Of a stretch of 64,000 bases of DNA, positions 62,193-64,000 are shown piece by piece. The notes under the pieces are model-generated. The model was not told the origin of the DNA. It saw only the letters and a list, made by a program, of their open reading frames with translations, and did no database searches. This DNA comes from Alphaproteobacteria bacterium (GTDB taxonomy: Bacteria; Pseudomonadota; Alphaproteobacteria; MPNO01; UBA830): contig OZ251539.1 in the NCBI GenBank assembly GCA_965243135.1, positions 5,152,001-5,216,000 on the forward strand, given 5' to 3'. Position numbers and translations under genes: made by a program. Every line of letters begins with the position of its first letter. Position 1 is the first letter of the stretch.

Positions 62193-62317
62193 GCGCGCAG
62201 GTAGAAGACATGATCCGCTTCGTCCGCCTTTGCGAAGAAGCGCTTCGCGATTTCGCCTTCGCATTCCCAGTACGGCCATGCCGCGTCGATCAGGGCCTGT
62301 TCGATATTGTCGGACAT
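62193..62317 (-). pseudogene. 5' part of the IS-interrupted ferritin-like gene
   Basis: MSDNIEQALIDAAWPYWECEGEIAKRFFAKADEADHVFYLRA continues as QLWKELNPVDG at 60533; GGAGG RBS. Confidence 0.8.
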
Positions 62318-62481
62318 CGCGCCGCCTCCCGCCTGCGCGGCATTTTATCCGCGAAGTCCCCCGCTGCGCCAGACCGCGGCAAGCTCGGGGCGACGCCGCG
62401 AAACGGAGTTCCGACGGCAGAAGTCGGCGGCGGAACCATTACCGCAACTGCCGGGGCGCGACGCCCGGCGCAGGTTTTCCT

Positions 62482-62979
62482 TCAGGCGCGCTCGGGCATA
62501 ACTCCGTCGCCCGGCAAAAATCCGTCGCCCGCCGTGGACAGGCAATCCCCGATCACGCTTACGGAACCGCGCGCAAGCAGGCTGATCGCCAGGATGACGG
62601 CGGCAAGAAGGCAGGCCAGAGGACTGGTCGCGATCAGAGCGAAAAAAAGCATCAATTTTAGTCCGGCGACTTTTTTGGCAACCTCTTCGTCGTCGGAGAT
62701 TCCGAGATCGCCGAGTTTCCTGCGAGGAAAAAACGCTGCGACGACAAATCCCGTCAAGAGAGTCCATGGGGTGAGCGGCCGATACGCCATATCGGCAAGG
62801 CGGCTCAGAGAAGCGCGTATCCGCGGCTCGACTTTGGGATTTTCCGCCCAGCGATCAGCCTCGCAGCCAGCCTGAACTCGAAATTCGTGAGTCGCTCGCA
62901 TCAGGCGCCAACGGATCAACCCGTATACGATCACGGCCGCGAATGCGTAAGCGATCTTGATCAGCGCAGGATCAGTCAT
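62482..62979 (-). CDS. Hypothetical membrane protein
   Basis: MTDPALIKIAYAFAAVIVYGL... with three or four hydrophobic segments; strong GGAGGTG RBS. Confidence 0.65.
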   Translation of the reverse strand: MTDPALIKIAYAFAAVIVYGLIRWRLMRATHEFRVQAGCEADRWAENPKVEPRIRASLSRLADMAYRPLTPWTLLTGFVVAAFFPRRKLGDLGISDDEEVAKKVAGLKLMLFFALIATSPLACLLAAVILAISLLARGSVSVIGDCLSTAGDGFLPGDGVMPERA

Positions 62980-63402
62980 CTTTCTCACCTCCACGAGAAG
63001 AGCGTTTCGGCATCTGTCCGCCTTGAGAACGTTGAATAAATTTCGCGAAGCCCTCTCGTAATTTGTGGAAAAATCAAAAAGATCGCAAATACCATGACGC
63101 AGAAAACCAACAAGATGTGTCCTCCCTTGCAAACGCGAGGACCGCTATCCCAACATCAGGCCATGTCGTTCCAGAGAGATTGGTTCGTTCATGTCGGCGA
63201 ACAAGCCCCCAAATCAACTTCCAAATACGACACAGGCTGTCGGCAGCGCAAGCGCATTATCGGGGCGGATCGGCCGGCGAGTCAAGGCGCTGGGAGAGGC
63301 GGACGCCCTCGCCGGCGCGAGAAATCCCTTTCTTCCTCGGGATATCCGTTCGATCCCCCGCCCCGGACTGCGGCAGGTCGCCGAATCCGAGGCAATGGAA
63401 GC

Positions 63403-63460
63403 ATGGAAGAGACGGCAAGACTCGAAGCCGATGTCCTTGTCATCGGCGCGGGCGGCGCGG
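63403..63460 (+). pseudogene. N-terminal relic of an FAD-binding oxidoreductase (SdhA/NadB-like)
   Basis: MEETARLEADVLVIGAGGA dinucleotide-binding motif; the frame degenerates right after. Confidence 0.5.
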
Positions 63461-63974
63461 AACATTGTCCGCGAGGACGAGGCGGACGATGCGATCTTCA
63501 GCGAGGCGGCGACGCCCGAGGGCCTCGATAACGTCATGCTGGAGGAATTGGCGAACTTCGAGGTGCCCTCGCCGGCCGGCCGAGGTCTGGCTGCAGGCGG
63601 AGGAGCGGCGCGGACGGATTTTCTACCAGCCGGTCTTCATAACGGCGTTCCACCGCACCGACGCCGTCGCGCCCGAAGCGCGGACGGCTGTCATGGACGT
63701 CCTGCGCGCGAAATCAGCGCGCGCTGCCGCGGCTACCCGCTCTATCGGAGAGAAAGACAAGCGCCGTCGGCAGAGGACCAGGAACCGTCTCGGTCAGGTA
63801 CGCGAACCACGGAACGGCCGCGCGAGATCGCCAAATCGGACGCGACCGAAGCCGCACTTGATCCGCACCCCCGACGACGCTTCGCAAGAAGATAGCTTGT
63901 CGAGGTCAAAGACGTCAACAACGTCCTGCGGAAGTGATTCGACCACTTGTTCCGCTCGGGGCACGACCTCGAAC

Positions 63975-64000
63975 CAGCAATTCCCGCTAAGGCTCGAAAC
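63975..64000 (+). mobile_element. Left end of IS copy 3 (runs off the window)
   Basis: CAGCAATTCCCGCTAAGGCTCGAAAC is identical to 60544-60569. Confidence 0.9.

Overview
High-GC alphaproteobacterial chromosome segment. The taxonomic call (Rhodospirillales-like) is inferred from gene order only. Housekeeping and metabolic backbone: hutF-hutG / hutI-hutU with a TRAP transporter; def-fmt-truA; rpmH-rnpA-yidD-yidC-engB-argB-HAD-dapD-dapE; TVP38 + flavoprotein disulfide reductase + histidine kinase; a ThDP-enzyme/CoA-ligase-like/lipoate-ligase operon; enoyl-CoA hydratase-paaH; tctCA; tkt-gap-pgk. Small accessory islets are scattered through it: (1) a prokaryotic viperin divergent from an XRE regulator with a putative membrane anchor, across a perfect 11-bp inverted repeat; (2) a lone HEPN-like gene upstream of rpmH; (3) a ParA-like pseudogene plus partner between ~460-bp direct repeats, followed by an apparently leaderless AAA-ATPase/PD-(D/E)XK gene; (4) a consensus sigma70 promoter driving a ~160-nt highly structured RNA and a PcfJ-like protein, closed by a 14-bp hairpin; (5) two complete copies and the start of a third copy of a ~1.65-kb IS with 18-bp TIRs and 9-bp TSDs, one of which splits a ferritin-like di-iron gene. 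The best candidates for undescribed systems are (1) and (4). All calls come from motif recognition by eye; no database searches were run.
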